Both the position numbers and the translations under genes were made by a program. This document shows, piece after piece, positions 42,157 through 55,821 of a stretch of DNA of 64,000 nt. The stretch is from assembly GCA_963821525.1 (NCBI GenBank), contig CAWGED010000019.1, positions 416,001 through 480,000 of the forward strand, in the 5' to 3' direction. Below the pieces are notes generated by a model. The model saw only the letters and a list, made by a program, of their open reading frames with translations. It ran no database searches and was not told the DNA's origin. This stretch comes from an uncultured Gemmatimonadales bacterium. Lineage in GTDB: Bacteria; Gemmatimonadota; Gemmatimonadetes; Gemmatimonadales; GWC2-71-9. Numbering within the stretch: the first letter of the stretch is position 1; every line of letters starts with the position of its first letter.

Positions 42157-45100
42157 TTATCCAGTCTTCGCGCCAGTGCGCCCATTGCCAGAACTTTGAC
42201 GCGCGCTCACCGCTCGTAGTGCGCGCACCAGCGCGGGAATCAGCGCCTCTCCACCCAGCCGGGTCAGGCGGAGCGACAGCGGCACGTTTCGCCGGACGTC
42301 CACCGCGAGCTGCACGTCGTCCAGCGCCGTGGTGAGGCCGCCGAGCCGGGGTGTCGCCCCTTCCCGGAAACTGAGCCGTGCCTCATCGCCCCGCGCCAGG
42401 ATGTGCTGCACTTCCAGCTCGGCGCCGAGGACCCGAAGTCTGGCCATGTTGAGCAGGGTGTCAGCGGGCTCAGGAAGGGGGCCAAACCGCTCGCGCATTT
42501 CCTCGCGAAGCTCTTCAATTTCGCCACTCGTCCCGGCCCGCGCCAGTCGGCGGTACAGATCGAGTTTCACGTCGTCATCCGGCACATAACCGTCGGGGAG
42601 GTGAGCCGGACGGTCCAGGACGACCTCGGGCGGAACCGGTCTTTCCAGTTTCCCCTGTCCCCGGAGGCTGCGCACGGTCTCCTCCAGCCACCGCAGGTAG
42701 AGATCGAACCCCACCGCGTGGGCGTGTCCCGACTGTTCAGCGCCGAGCAGATTCCCCGCACCGCGCAGCTCGAGGTCCTTGAGCGCGATACGGTAACCGG
42801 CCCCGAGGTCGGAGTGGTGCTCCAGCACCTTGAGCCGGTCCTCCGCTGCCGGGTCGATCAGATCCGGCACCAGCAGGTAGCAGTATGCGCGGCGGTGGCT
42901 GCGGCCCACCCGCCCTCGCAGTTGATAGAGCTGGGCCAGACCGAACCGGTGGGCATCGTGCACCACCATGGTGTTGGCGTTGGGCACATCCAGCCCGGAT
43001 TCGACGATCATGGTGGAGACCAGGATGTCCACTTCGCCGGAGACGAACTTGCGCATGACCGTCTCCAATGGCTCTGCGGCCATCTGGCCGTGCGCCACGC
43101 CGACCCGCGCCCGCGGGGCCAATGCGCGCACCCGCGCGGCGATGGTATCGATCGTCTCGATCCGGTTGTGAACCATGAAGGTCTGTCCTCCACGGTCCAG
43201 CTCCCGCGCGAAGGCCTCCTCCAGCAGCGCGTCGTCCCACGGCTCCACGAACGTCAGGATCGGTGAACGGTCTCGTGGCGGAGTCTCGATCAGCACCAGG
43301 TCGCGCAGCCCCGCCAGCGAGAGATGCAACGTGCGCGGAATCGGAGTGGCGGTCAGAGTCAGCACATCCACGCTCAGACGCAGAGCCTTGAGTCGCTCCT
43401 TGTGCTTCACCCCGAATCGATGCTCCTCGTCTACCACGAGGAGTCCCAGATCTTTGAAGGTCACGTCGGACGACAGGAGCCGGTGCGTGCCAACCACGAT
43501 ATCGATTTCGCCGGCAGCCACTCGGGCCAGCACCGCCTTCTGCTCCTTGGCGGTCCGAAAGCGCGACAGTACCTCGATCTTGATCGGAAAATCGGCCAGC
43601 CGTTCGAGGAAAGTCCGTCCATGCTGATCGGCGAGAATCGTGGTCGGCACGAGAACCGCCACTTGCTTCCCGCCCTGCACCGCTTTGAACGCAGCCCTCA
43701 CGGCAACCTCGGTCTTGCCGTAGCCGACGTCGCCGACCAGGAGGAGATCCATCGGTAGCGCCTGCTCCATGGCACGCTTCACCGCGTCCGTCGCCTTGCG
43801 CTGGTCCGGCGTGTCCTCATAGAGGAAGGACGACTCCAGCTCCCGCTGCCATCCACCATCGGGTGGGAACGCGTACCCCGCGCTCACCTTCCGTCTGGCG
43901 TACAACTCGAGCAGCTCGGAGGCCATCTGACGGATGGCCTGTCGCGTCTTGTCGCGGACCCGTTGCCAGGAATTGCCGCCCAGTTTGTGGAGGCGAGGCG
44001 GCGGGTGGTCGCCATCTTCATCGGCGGCCCGATACCGTTCCAGCTGGTCGAGCCGGTAGAGCGGGACGTTGAGCCGGTCACCGCCTTCGTACTCGACGAT
44101 CGCGACCTCGAGCGTCGCCTCGCCAACCTGGATCGTGGCGATCCCGCGATAGATCCCGATGCCGTGATCGAGGTGAACGACGTAGTCCCCGCCCTGAAGT
44201 TGTCCCGTTGCAGCAGACGGGGCGGCCTGCCGGTAGCGACGCGGCCGGCGCAAGCGACGAGCCCGGCGGAAAATCTCGTGGTCGGTCAGCACCCGGAGGG
44301 TGCGCATCACGAACCCGCCGTCCAAAGCGCCGATGGCCAGCGTCACATTGAGCCGTGACCGGCCATCCTCGTGGAGCAACTCCTCGAGTCGCTCCAGCTG
44401 GCCTTCGTTGTCGCAGAGAATGAGGGTGGGCAGATCGCCCGCGAGGAGACCACGGAGTCGCTTGAGGTCCCGATCCACTCGGTCCGGCGGCAGAAATCCA
44501 GCCTGCAGCTCCGCCGGCTCATCCCGGAGCGAAAGCCTCGCGAACTGATGGAGGCGAGCCTCCCATCGTTCCGGCGCCTCGAAAATTTCTTCCCGCGCTG
44601 GCACTTCCTCTCCCAGGCGCCGCGCGACCACCAGATGGTGTTCCGCCTCTCGCCAGGCGCGGGATACTTCTTCCCCATTGGCGCCTGACGCTTCTTCGAT
44701 GACGAGCGTTCCCGCCGGCAACAGCTCCAACAATGACTGACGCTGGTCGGCGAGCGGCTGCGGAATTCGTCTCACTCAATCGAGACTCGCCGGTAGCACC
44801 GGCCATTGGAAGAATCGTGATCTCCTCCACACGCCTCGCCCGAGCGTTGCGAAGTGAGGTCGAAACTCCGGATCGAGTCGAGCTGGTCACCCCACCATTC
44901 GAGACGTGCCGGCGCCGCCATGCCGAAGCCGTATACGTCGATGATGCCGCCCCGGACACTGAACTCGGCTACCTCGGTCACCGTGGGGACCCGGCGATAA
45001 CCCATCGCTTCGAGAGCAGTGGCGGTTTCGGTGAGGGTACCGCTGCCTGCCTGCCTCCATCGGGTCGCGCCGGTCCGGAGGCGAAGCGTCTTCTGGGCGA

Positions 45101-45504
45101 GGGAGGCTGGGACGCGGGTGCGCTCCAGAGTCGCCCGGGCGGTGGTGACCAGGATTCGGAGGCGGCCCTCGAGCAGGGCGGCAATCGTTTCCACCCGCTC
45201 ACCCGCGATCTCGTAGTGCGGCTCTTCCTCACCCAGCGCCTCACGCTGGGGATAGAGCGCGATCGGCACATCGGTGAGGTGCTGCAGATCGCTGAGCCAA
45301 CGCTCCGCGTCGGCCGGCGTCGTGCTGATGATGGTCAGCAGCCGCTGGGGCGATTCCTCGGCGAGCCAGGCGGCCAGCACGGCTCCGCTCGAACCGGGGA
45401 GGCCGCCAATCCGGACCTGCTGCCCTCGACCGGGGAGTCGCTCCCGGAGATCGAAAGCAACCGAGGTTCTGCCCAATGCATCGAGCAGAGGTCCGCAGCG
45501 TCAC
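42157..45504 (-). CDS. mfd: Transcription-repair coupling factor (frameshifts near 45490 and 44780-44830)
   Basis: SVRGGIIDV, VVHLDHGIG, GDVGYGKTEV, DEEHRFGV, TATPIPRTL, QLRGRVGRS, DLELRGAGNLLG. Confidence 0.95.
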
Positions 45505-47289
45505 GTGCGTCGCCTCCAGCCGCTGGCCAGCAGCACTTCGGTCACCGCCAGCGCGAAGGCGAGCCACAACAACGGAGCCTGCAGGTCGGCTCGCCCGACC
45601 TGGGCGAACGCCTCGGCGGCGGCGTGTCCCGATTCAACGATGCGAGCGCCGGACCAGAGAGAGCGCACCTCGCCATCGCTGGCCGGCGCAAGCTCCGATT
45701 CGCGGGGATCGAGATTGGCCGTGAGGACTCCGATCGTGTCCCGACCGCCGAGCAGATAGTAGAGCCCCACCTCCGGCGGCCGAAACGACGCGCCGCCTTC
45801 GATCGTCCACTTCCGGCCATTGGCGATGAGCCCAGTGGTTTGATCCGGTAACGCCACCGGATCCCCCGGTGCCGCCGCGAGCGACGCGATCTGGCCCCGT
45901 GCGACCCGGTTGATCATGGCATCGAGGAACGGCATGAACGCCGCGGAGAGGGGCAAGCTGGTCCACTCGGGATCCATCCGGCTGCCGATCACCACCACAT
46001 CAGCACCCCGAACAATCCACGGCTCGCCGCCCACTGTGGCCAGCACTCCCGCGCTCGAGGAGTTCTTCGTTGCTCGCAGGCGGTATCGCTTGAGAATTCG
46101 TTCGTTGCCCAGCAAAGGTCCGCTGTCCACCACACCCGGCGCCGGCACGATCACGTCGTAGACCCACCCGGTGCCGCGCCGCTCCAATGCTCGATTGACC
46201 GCCCCCAGTTGTGCAGGATCTGCCGGTGGTAGCAGGATCGACGCAGCGGGTCCGAGAGAACCGATCGTCACCTCCGATCCCTTGCGGGCTCGCCCATTGG
46301 CCTCGAGGACCGCCTCGGCTGCTTGCAGGTACTGGTCACCTGTCGGCCAGCGAAACGCCGGCGATTGGTGCCACCCGAACGGCGGCAAGACGCTCGTCAT
46401 CGGCCCGAAATTCGTCAGGGTCAACGAAGGCCCGAAGCGTCCACCACCCGCTGGCCCCTCCTGGAACCGCAATGCTGCTTGCAGTGCCAACCAGGGCGAG
46501 TGCCGCGCGCCCGGTCCGTCCTCCGAGAGAGACCGTTACTGGCGCGGAGCGCCCGGAGTCTCCCGCAAGGGTCACGACAACCGAGGCACCCTCAACGGTC
46601 CAGGGCTGTGACCCTGCCTTCAACGAAGCCACGCCGATGTTAGGCGGACTTTCCCCCTCCATCCTCACTACCAAGAGCGGGGTGTTCACCTTCGCCGGGG
46701 AGAGCGCCGTCGCCTGAAGATCAGAGAGAACTGCGATGCCTCCGGGACGCGCATCGGCGCCGAGTACCTGGGTTGCCGAGGCCACGGCCTCGCCGAGATC
46801 CATCCGGCGATCTGAGGCAGCGAGGCTGTCAACCATGCGACTCAGCTCGGCCGCGGTCCCCCGCTGCGGAATCCCGTCTGCCGTGAGCAGCCAGAGCCCA
46901 TCGGCCGGCGTGGCCCCGTCCAGAATTCTTCGAGCGGCGGCGCGCAGGTCCGTGAGCCGTGAGGTGCCGTTCACCACCTGGCCCGCGCTCGGACTATTGT
47001 CGAGAACCAGCACCAGGGCGCTCGGCCCGTGCCCTCCGGCTTGCCGTAGCGCGGCGGAGGGACCAGCCGCAGCAATGATCAGGGCAAGGATGAGCAGGGT
47101 GCGAAGCAGCAGAAGCAGCCAGTGACGAAGCTTGAGACGCCGCTCATGCTCTCGGGTGACAGCCTGGAGATAGCGGACGGCAGGAAAGACGACCGTCGGC
47201 GGTTCCCGCCGAGCGATCAAGTGCAGGAGGAGCGGCACCCCAGCCAGCGGCAATGCCGCCAGCACCCACGGCTGAAGGAAGGAGATCAC
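45501..47289 (-). CDS. BatA N-terminal / vWA-like membrane protein (frameshifted)
   Basis: ISFLQPWVLAALPLAGVPLLLHL..FPAVRYL BatA motif, LVLDNSPS, SDLQ, C-terminal TM; GTGA overlaps at both ends. Confidence 0.8.
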
Positions 47290-48212
47290 ACCAGACCGCT
47301 TGGACTCGCCACCACGCGACGAAGGGCCAGTCCGAATGGCATATCCGTGGTTATTCGATGGTACTGGATTCCCTGCGACCGGCACTGACGCCGCCAGTCC
47401 GAGACCACGCTGTGGACTGTCGCGCGGTACGCATCCGCCCAGTCCTTCGGGCGGAGAATCACGGCCTGATGCGTCTCCGGGTCTTCAAACCGCGCTTCCG
47501 CCGGACCGTGGAGCTCCAATTCGAAGGGATCCATCACGTGGAGCACGATTACCTGATGCCCCCGGTGGCGGAGGAACTTGAGGGCCCGAAGAGCGGTTGT
47601 TTGATCCAGCAGGAGATCGGAGATGAACACCACCAATCCGCGGCGCCGTAACAGGTCAACTACCCTGCGAAGCGCCGGCTCTGCGGCCGTTCCCTGCCCC
47701 GCTTCCAAGGCGCTCAGCGCTCGAACCAGCGTGTGCCAGTGCATGGTCCGCGCTTTCGAGGGAATGACCTGGCGGACCACCTCATCGAAAGCGATGAGCC
47801 CAGTCGCGTCGCGCTGCCGGAGCAGCACCAGTGCCAGGGCCGCAGCAATGCGTTGCACGTAAGCCAGCTTCGGCAGGAGCGTCTCTGGATCACCGGTCCA
47901 GGCCATGGAGCGGCTGGCATCGACCACTATCATGGCCCGAAGATTGGTTTCCTCCTCAAACTGCTTGACGTAAAGGCGATCCTTACGGCCGAGCAGCTTC
48001 CAATCGATATAGCGCAGCTCATCGCCCGGCTGATACATGCGATGCTCGGCGAACTCTACCGAAAACCCTCGGCGGGGCGAGCGATGCAGACCGGCCAGAA
48101 AGCCCTCAACCACCCCTTCGGTCAGCAATTCCAGGCCGGCGAGCCGTGAGGCCTCCAGGGGGTCGAGCAGGTCGAACCGGGGGCGGGCTTGAAACGGGGT
48201 GGTCGTGCTCAT
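47286..48212 (-). CDS. DUF58 (vWA-associated) protein
   Basis: GLHRSPRRGFSVEFAEHRMYQPGDELRYIDWK, KQFEEETN, VDASRSM, ISDLL. Confidence 0.92.
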   Translation of the reverse strand: MSTTTPFQARPRFDLLDPLEASRLAGLELLTEGVVEGFLAGLHRSPRRGFSVEFAEHRMYQPGDELRYIDWKLLGRKDRLYVKQFEEETNLRAMIVVDASRSMAWTGDPETLLPKLAYVQRIAAALALVLLRQRDATGLIAFDEVVRQVIPSKARTMHWHTLVRALSALEAGQGTAAEPALRRVVDLLRRRGLVVFISDLLLDQTTALRALKFLRHRGHQVIVLHVMDPFELELHGPAEARFEDPETHQAVILRPKDWADAYRATVHSVVSDWRRQCRSQGIQYHRITTDMPFGLALRRVVASPSGLV

Positions 48213-48410
48213 GCGGGCCGCAACGTATTGGAGGTTGCCGTGGTAAGTCAACGCGCCGTTTCCGTGTCCGGCAGGCAGGACAGCGCAGCCGTGCGCGCCC
48301 TCAGCCCCACACGACCTAAGTGAATGACAAGACGGAAGATACGCTATTCGGGCCGAGTGGCATACCCCCTGCCTTTCACCTCAGTCCCTGCTCTATCCTC
48401 CGGAGGATTC

Positions 48411-49724
48411 ATGTACGGCCAGCTGGCGCTCGTGGTTGCGACGTTGATCGCCCCGACCACCGGCACGCCTAACCCGGCTCTGTCCCTGCTGGGGCGCCAT
48501 CTCGCGACGTACGATCGCCCCAGAGTCAACGTCTGGCTCAACCAGCAAGATCCTTATCGTACGGGCGAGCCTGCCCGGGTCTTTTTCAAGACCAACATCG
48601 ACGCCTACATCACCGTTCTTCGAGTGGATACCGATGGCAAGGTCCGCGTGCTGTTCCCGGTCGAGCCGTGGGAGGACAACTACACGCGCGGGGGCCGCAC
48701 CTTCGAAGTCCTTGGCCGTTCGCAGGACGAAGCCTTTCGAGTAGATGATCCGGCTGGAGTCGGTTACGTGTTTGCCGTCACTGGTCCCGATCCCTTCGAC
48801 TACGATGAAATCACCCGGGGTGATCACTGGGACTACCGCGCCATCTCCGATGGCCAGGTTCGGGGAGACCCGTACGTCGCCCTGACCGACCTCGCCGCGC
48901 GCATTGCGGGGCCCAACGACTACGACTACGACATCGCGGAGTACTACGTCGAGCAGCACTACGACTATCCGCGCTTCGTCTGCTACGACTGCCACGGTTA
49001 CGTCAGCTACAACTATTGGGATCCGTACGATTCGTTCTGCTCCCGATTCCGCATCGTGGTTTACGATGACCCCTACTACTACCCGTACCGGTACTACGGC
49101 GGACGAGTGACCGTCGTGCATCCTTACCGTCCGGAGCCGAGGTACGTCTTCAAGGATTACAACCCGAGCGACGACTACATCACTCGCGTCGCGACCCGTC
49201 CTCGAGGCGAGCCGAACCGGCCCGGCGATGCCGACCGATCGAGCGCCGATGTCGGCGGCCGCGGCCGGGTTCCTGCGCCGATCGCTCCCCGCCCGCGTGA
49301 TGGCGACAGACCTGATGCAGGTGATCGGGACGGTCGTCCAACTCGCGACAGAACCGGCATTGAATCACCGCGCCGCGTGAGCCCCGACGATCAACCGTCC
49401 CGGGAGGAGGCTCCAGACCAGCCGCGACGTCGGGCACCGACCCCCACTCCGGACCAGCCCCGGCGAACGGGTGAGGAACGTGAGCCCTTCCCCGAGAGCC
49501 GAACCGCGTCGCGCAGCTCCAGCCCCCTCTACAGCTATTGAGAAGCCTCGCTCCAAGGAAGCAAAACCGCGGCAGGAAGCGCCGCGCACGGAGCCGCAGA
49601 AGCAGCCCGCCGAGATAGTGACAAGGACAAGGACAAGGACAAGGACAAGGATGCGGCCCGCAGCAAACCCACACCACCGAAGAGCACCGGGGAGCCCGAG
49701 TTGCGTCGCCGGAAGCCCTCCTGA
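48411..49724 (+). CDS. DUF4384-like exported protein with Tyr-rich region and Pro/Arg/Asp-Lys disordered tail (two frameshifts in tail)
   Basis: YRTGEPARVFF, DAYITVLRVDTDGKVRVLFP; tail re-read as DKDKDKDKDK...GEPELRRRKPS*. Confidence 0.72.
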
Positions 49725-49826
49725 TCGTTCGAAACCCGAAATCACGCTCGTCCGTACCGCACTCGCAGGACCCCGGCCATATTTCCTGCCGCAAAATCGA
49801 TCTCTTCAACCTGCGAGAAAACCTGG

Positions 49827-51362
49827 ATGCGTCGTAATCTGGTTCTTCCTTTCGCGCTCAGTTTGAGTCTCACCGCTGTTCCAGCCCGTTACCTGTTTGC
49901 CCAAACTTCCAGTCCGCTCGCGGCGGCCGCGAATACCATCACTCCCGCGGACGTAGCGCGCCGGATCGGAATCATCGCCGATGATTCCATGATGGGACGT
50001 GACACGCCGAGTCCCGGCCTGGAGATGACTGCCGCGTACGTGGCGGACCAGTTCAAGAAGTTCGGGCTCAAGCCCGGCGGGGAAAATGGAACCTGGTTTC
50101 AGCGCTATCGCATCTCACGTCGGCGGGTTGACACCGCGGCATCCAGCGTCGGCTTCACGGTTCAGGGAAAGCGAACGGATGTAAAGCTCGACCGTGATGC
50201 ACGGCTGGCGTTCGGCAGCGTCGACAAGGATGTCGAGGCTCCAGCGGTCTTGATGGGTGGGACGCTCAATAGCACCGAAGCAAAGAGCGCCGATATCAAG
50301 GGTAAAGCGGTGGTAGTGGTGCTGGACTACGGCAAGCCGCTCCAGCCCGAGGTACAGCAGACCATTGTCTCGCTCTACGAGGCAGGTGCCGCCGGCGTCG
50401 TGATCCTATCCAATAGAGACTCTGCCACATTCGCCCAGCGGGTAACGGCGCAGACCCGGCAGGTCAGCCTTGGAGTCGAAGGACTCGGGAGTCAGGTACC
50501 GGTCGTCGAGGTACACCAGAGGGCGTTGGGAACCGTGATTCCAGCCTTGGGGATCAAGCCGGACGAGATCCGCGGAGCCCAGGGCATGAAGGTGCAGCCT
50601 CTGCCCAATCTCCGGGTGTCGTTCCACATCAAGAACGAGATTCTCGATTCCAGCAGCGCGCCCAACACGATCGGCATTCTCGAGGGGAGCGACCCAGAGC
50701 TGCGCAACGAATACGTCGTCTTCTCCGCCCACATGGACCATATCGGCATCTCCCACGGCCAGGCCGACAGCATCAACAATGGGGCAGATGACGACGGCTC
50801 GGGTACCACAGGCGTGATCGAGCTTGCCGAAGCGTTCAGCCAGAAGGGTGTCAGACCCAAACGGTCGATGATTTTTCTCACGGTGAGCGGCGAGGAGAAG
50901 GGCCTCTATGGCAGCGCCTACTTCACCGAGCATCCGACGGTGCCTCTCACCGACATCGTGGCCGATCTCAACATCGACATGATCGGACGCAACTGGAAAG
51001 ACACCATCGTCGCGATCGGCAAGGAGCATTCCGATCTGGGCACGACACTGCAGAAGGTCAATGCTGCCCATCCCGAGCTGCGCATGGCCGCGATCGACGA
51101 CCGGTGGCCGGAGGAGAACTTCTACTCGAGGTCCGACCACTTCAACTTCGCCCGGAAGGGTGTGCCGATCCTGTTCTTCTTCAACGGGGTCCACAAGGAC
51201 TACCACCAGCCGTCCGATTCGCCCGACAAGATCGACGCCGAGAAGGAATCCCGGATTCTCAAGTTGCTGTTCTACCTCGGCCAGGAAGTCGGAAACGCTC
51301 CCCAGCGGCCGAAGTGGAATCCCGACAGTTACAAAAAGATCGTCGAGATGGCCGGTCACTGA
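49827..51362 (+). CDS. M28 family peptidase with PA domain
   Basis: SAHMDH, NGADDDGSG, SGEEKGLYGS, NIDMIGR, RSDHFNF, DYHQPSD. Confidence 0.92.
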   Translation: MRRNLVLPFALSLSLTAVPARYLFAQTSSPLAAAANTITPADVARRIGIIADDSMMGRDTPSPGLEMTAAYVADQFKKFGLKPGGENGTWFQRYRISRRRVDTAASSVGFTVQGKRTDVKLDRDARLAFGSVDKDVEAPAVLMGGTLNSTEAKSADIKGKAVVVVLDYGKPLQPEVQQTIVSLYEAGAAGVVILSNRDSATFAQRVTAQTRQVSLGVEGLGSQVPVVEVHQRALGTVIPALGIKPDEIRGAQGMKVQPLPNLRVSFHIKNEILDSSSAPNTIGILEGSDPELRNEYVVFSAHMDHIGISHGQADSINNGADDDGSGTTGVIELAEAFSQKGVRPKRSMIFLTVSGEEKGLYGSAYFTEHPTVPLTDIVADLNIDMIGRNWKDTIVAIGKEHSDLGTTLQKVNAAHPELRMAAIDDRWPEENFYSRSDHFNFARKGVPILFFFNGVHKDYHQPSDSPDKIDAEKESRILKLLFYLGQEVGNAPQRPKWNPDSYKKIVEMAGH

Positions 51363-51389
51363 CCGGGAGATGTTGGCTATACTTCCCGC

Positions 51390-51764
51390 ATGTCGGAGAC
51401 AACGGGCAGCCTGAAGGACTTCAACGCCTTCCGGACCAGGATGAACGAAACCATCCTGGCCGGAGGCAACCTCACCATCGGCCGGTTCTTCGCGCTCGAT
51501 CATCGGGCGTACGAGCCCGGCGCCCTCGGCACAAAAACGAAGGAAATGCTGGGCCTCGTGTCCTCGCTGGTCCTCCGGTGCGACGACTGTATCACCTACC
51601 ACATCATTCGCTGCGCCGAGGAAGGTGTCACCGACGAGGAGTTCCATGACGTCTTCGCGGTCGGACTGGTGGTGGGCGGCAGCATCGTCATTCCGCACCT
51701 GAGGCGCGCGGTGGCGAGGCTGGAAGAGGTTCGGGCTGGAAGTGAAGTGGGAGACAGGGAGTAG
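51390..51764 (+). CDS. Carboxymuconolactone decarboxylase/AhpD-like protein
   Basis: KEMLGLVSSLVLRCDDCITYH, VVGGSIVIPH. Confidence 0.88.
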   Translation: MSETTGSLKDFNAFRTRMNETILAGGNLTIGRFFALDHRAYEPGALGTKTKEMLGLVSSLVLRCDDCITYHIIRCAEEGVTDEEFHDVFAVGLVVGGSIVIPHLRRAVARLEEVRAGSEVGDRE

Positions 51765-51838
51765 TGAGTAGGTGGTAGGGATTAGGGATCGATGAGTCGC
51801 AAGTCACGCCCTATTCCCTACTCCCTACTCCTCACTTC
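51744..51838. repeat. Inverted heptamer-array cassette (GGGAGTA family)
   Basis: GGGAGTA GTGAGTA GGTGGTA GGGATTA ... CCCTATT CCCTACT CCCTACT CCTCACT. Confidence 0.85.
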
Positions 51839-51880
51839 GATCTCCCCGCTTCGGTCGCGTCCCGGACTATATTCCCCGCC

Positions 51881-53678
<1,798 letters not shown>

Positions 53679-53680
<2 letters not shown>

Positions 53681-53766
53681 TTCCGAGTTCCGAGTGCCAT
53701 CTCCGCAAGGGTCGTACGCCGCACCCCGGTAGGAGCTCGGAACTCGGAACTCGGAACTCGGAACTC
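53679..53766. repeat. Inverted heptamer-array cassette (AGTTCCG / CGGAACT)
   Basis: AGTTCCG x2 + AGTGCCA ... CTCGGAA x4. Confidence 0.88.
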
Positions 53767-53770
53767 AATC

Positions 53771-54751
53771 ATGGCTGACTTGATTCGGGCCCCAAACCAC
53801 CTGGGCGACTTCGTGCTCTCGCTGCCCGGCACTGGAGGCGGCGCCCCGCGCCGATATTCTGGTGGCCCAGCACCTGGAGCCGCTGGCGCAACTGGCGCTT
53901 CCGGGCCGGGTGATTCTTCCGCTTATTCCGCGGAGCCGAAGGGTTCGCGCGCGGCGTCGTTCAGCTGCGAAGCCGGTCGAGGGCCTCGGCCACCCTGCTG
54001 ACTCCGTCGTTCTCCTCCGCGCTTCTGGTGGCCCTGGCCGGCATCCCCGGCCGGCGCGGCTCCAGGACCGATCACCGCGGTTCGCTGCTTACCGATCCAG
54101 TTGATCCTGTGCAGGTGGACACAGTGCACCGAAGCACAGCCTACATGTTGCTGGTAACCGGAGCGGCACCGGCTCAGCCTCCGACTCCGTTGCTCACTCT
54201 CGACGACTCGGCGCGGAAAGCGTGGTCCGCGCTGCGGCCCTTCGACGCTCCCTTTGTCGGCGTGTTCCCCGGCAGTCGCGCTTCCGCCCGAAGGTGGCGA
54301 CCCGGAACGTTTTCGCCAGATCGTCAATCGCCTGGCCGAGGCGGGACATCGGGTGATTGTCTTCGGAGGGATGGAGGAGAGGGGACTCACCGCGCAGGTC
54401 GCCGGCAGCGATGCGGCTGATCTCGGAGGACGCTGCAGTCTGCCGGCCCTGGCGGCTGGACTGGCGGAATGCCGCTGGCTTCTGACCAATGACAGCGGAC
54501 CGATGCACCTGGCCGCGGCGGTAAGGACGCCGACGGTGTCGCTGTGGGGTGCCGGTGACCCCCATCGCACTGGACCTCTGGGACCCGGTCATCGACTGCT
54601 CCGGCGGACCGACTTGCCGTGCGTCCCCTGCGTCCGCAACCAGTGTCCCCGCCGAGGCAGGGGAACCATTCTGCCGGAGGCCGAGCGCGAGTGCATGGCA
54701 CTGCTCGAGGTTGACCAGGTCTGGCGGGAAATCACGGGGGCGTCGAGGTAG
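53771..54751 (+). CDS. Glycosyltransferase family 9 (LPS heptosyltransferase II-like), multiple frameshifts
   Basis: IRAPNHLGDFVLSLP, PGSRASARRW, TNDSGPMHLAAA, CVPC. Confidence 0.82.
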
Positions 54752-54818
54752 AGAGATTCACCTTGTCTCTCTATCATTCTTTCTTCTCGATCGTTCGTCC
54801 CCCGTTCCCGGTCATCGC

Positions 54819-55805
54819 ATGCGCCACATCATTGGAATCGATCTGGGCGGAACCAATATTGTCGCCGGCTGCGTCGCCGAGGATGGCAGCGCCATCCATG
54901 GAGTGCGGTCGGTGCCGACCGGGGTGGAGCAAGGCCCGGACGCCGTGGTGGACCGGATCATCGCCACCGCGCAGGAGAGCCTGGAGGAAGCGCACCGGAT
55001 TGTGCCGGGACTCAAGCCGATCGGAGTGGGAATCGGGGCGCCGGGTCCGCTCGACACTCGCGCGGGGATCGTGCTGCTGACTCCCAACCTTGGTTGGGTC
55101 AACATGCCGTTGCGCGAGCGCATGATGAAGGGTCTCAAGCTTCCTACCGCGCTCGACAACGACGCCAACTGCGCCGTGCTCGGCGAATGGTGGCAGGGTG
55201 CGGCGCGCGGAACCCGGCATGCGATCGGGATGACGATCGGGACCGGGATCGGCGGCGGGATCATCCTGGACGGGAAGTTGTACCACGGGGCGTCGGACAT
55301 CGCCGGAGAGGTCGGCCACATGACCATCGATGCCAACGGCCGGCGCTGTAAGTGCGGGAATTACGGTTGTCTCGAGGCATACGCCTCGGGTCCCAATATC
55401 GCGCTCCGCGCCGTGGAGGCGATCGAGAGCGGAGCCGTGAGTTCTCTTCCTTCTTATGTCGGGGGCGACCTCCGCAAGGTGACGGCGCAGACCGTCTACG
55501 AGGCGGCCCACGCCGATGATGATCTCGCGCTCGAAGTGGTCCGCGACACGGCCAAGTTCCTCGGTGCGGGAGTCGCGAGCCTCATCAACATCTTCAATCC
55601 GGAAGCGGTGGTGATCTGCGGCGGAGTCACCCTGGCGGGGCCCAGCCTGTTCGAGCCGCTGCAGCGAGAGGTATCCCGTCGAGCGTTTCGGCCGGCGGTA
55701 AAGGTCTGCCGGATCGTGCCAGGCACGCTGCCCGGAACGGCGGGAGTCTTCGGCGCAGCACGAGCTTTCCTGGAACAGGTCGAGGCAGGGATCGTCACAT
55801 GCTGA
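54819..55805 (+). CDS. ROK family sugar kinase (glucokinase)
   Basis: GIDLGGTN, DNDANCA, GTGIGGG, GEVGH, CKCGNYGCLEAYAS. Confidence 0.9.
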   Translation: MRHIIGIDLGGTNIVAGCVAEDGSAIHGVRSVPTGVEQGPDAVVDRIIATAQESLEEAHRIVPGLKPIGVGIGAPGPLDTRAGIVLLTPNLGWVNMPLRERMMKGLKLPTALDNDANCAVLGEWWQGAARGTRHAIGMTIGTGIGGGIILDGKLYHGASDIAGEVGHMTIDANGRRCKCGNYGCLEAYASGPNIALRAVEAIESGAVSSLPSYVGGDLRKVTAQTVYEAAHADDDLALEVVRDTAKFLGAGVASLINIFNPEAVVICGGVTLAGPSLFEPLQREVSRRAFRPAVKVCRIVPGTLPGTAGVFGAARAFLEQVEAGIVTC

Positions 55806-55821
55806 CGGAAACTGCCTAAGC

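Noticed and set aside
49620..49651. GACAAG x5 hexamer repeat
   Set aside because: Reads as Asp-Lys repeats in the frame ending GEPELRRRKPS*; a coding low-complexity tail with no inverted partner.
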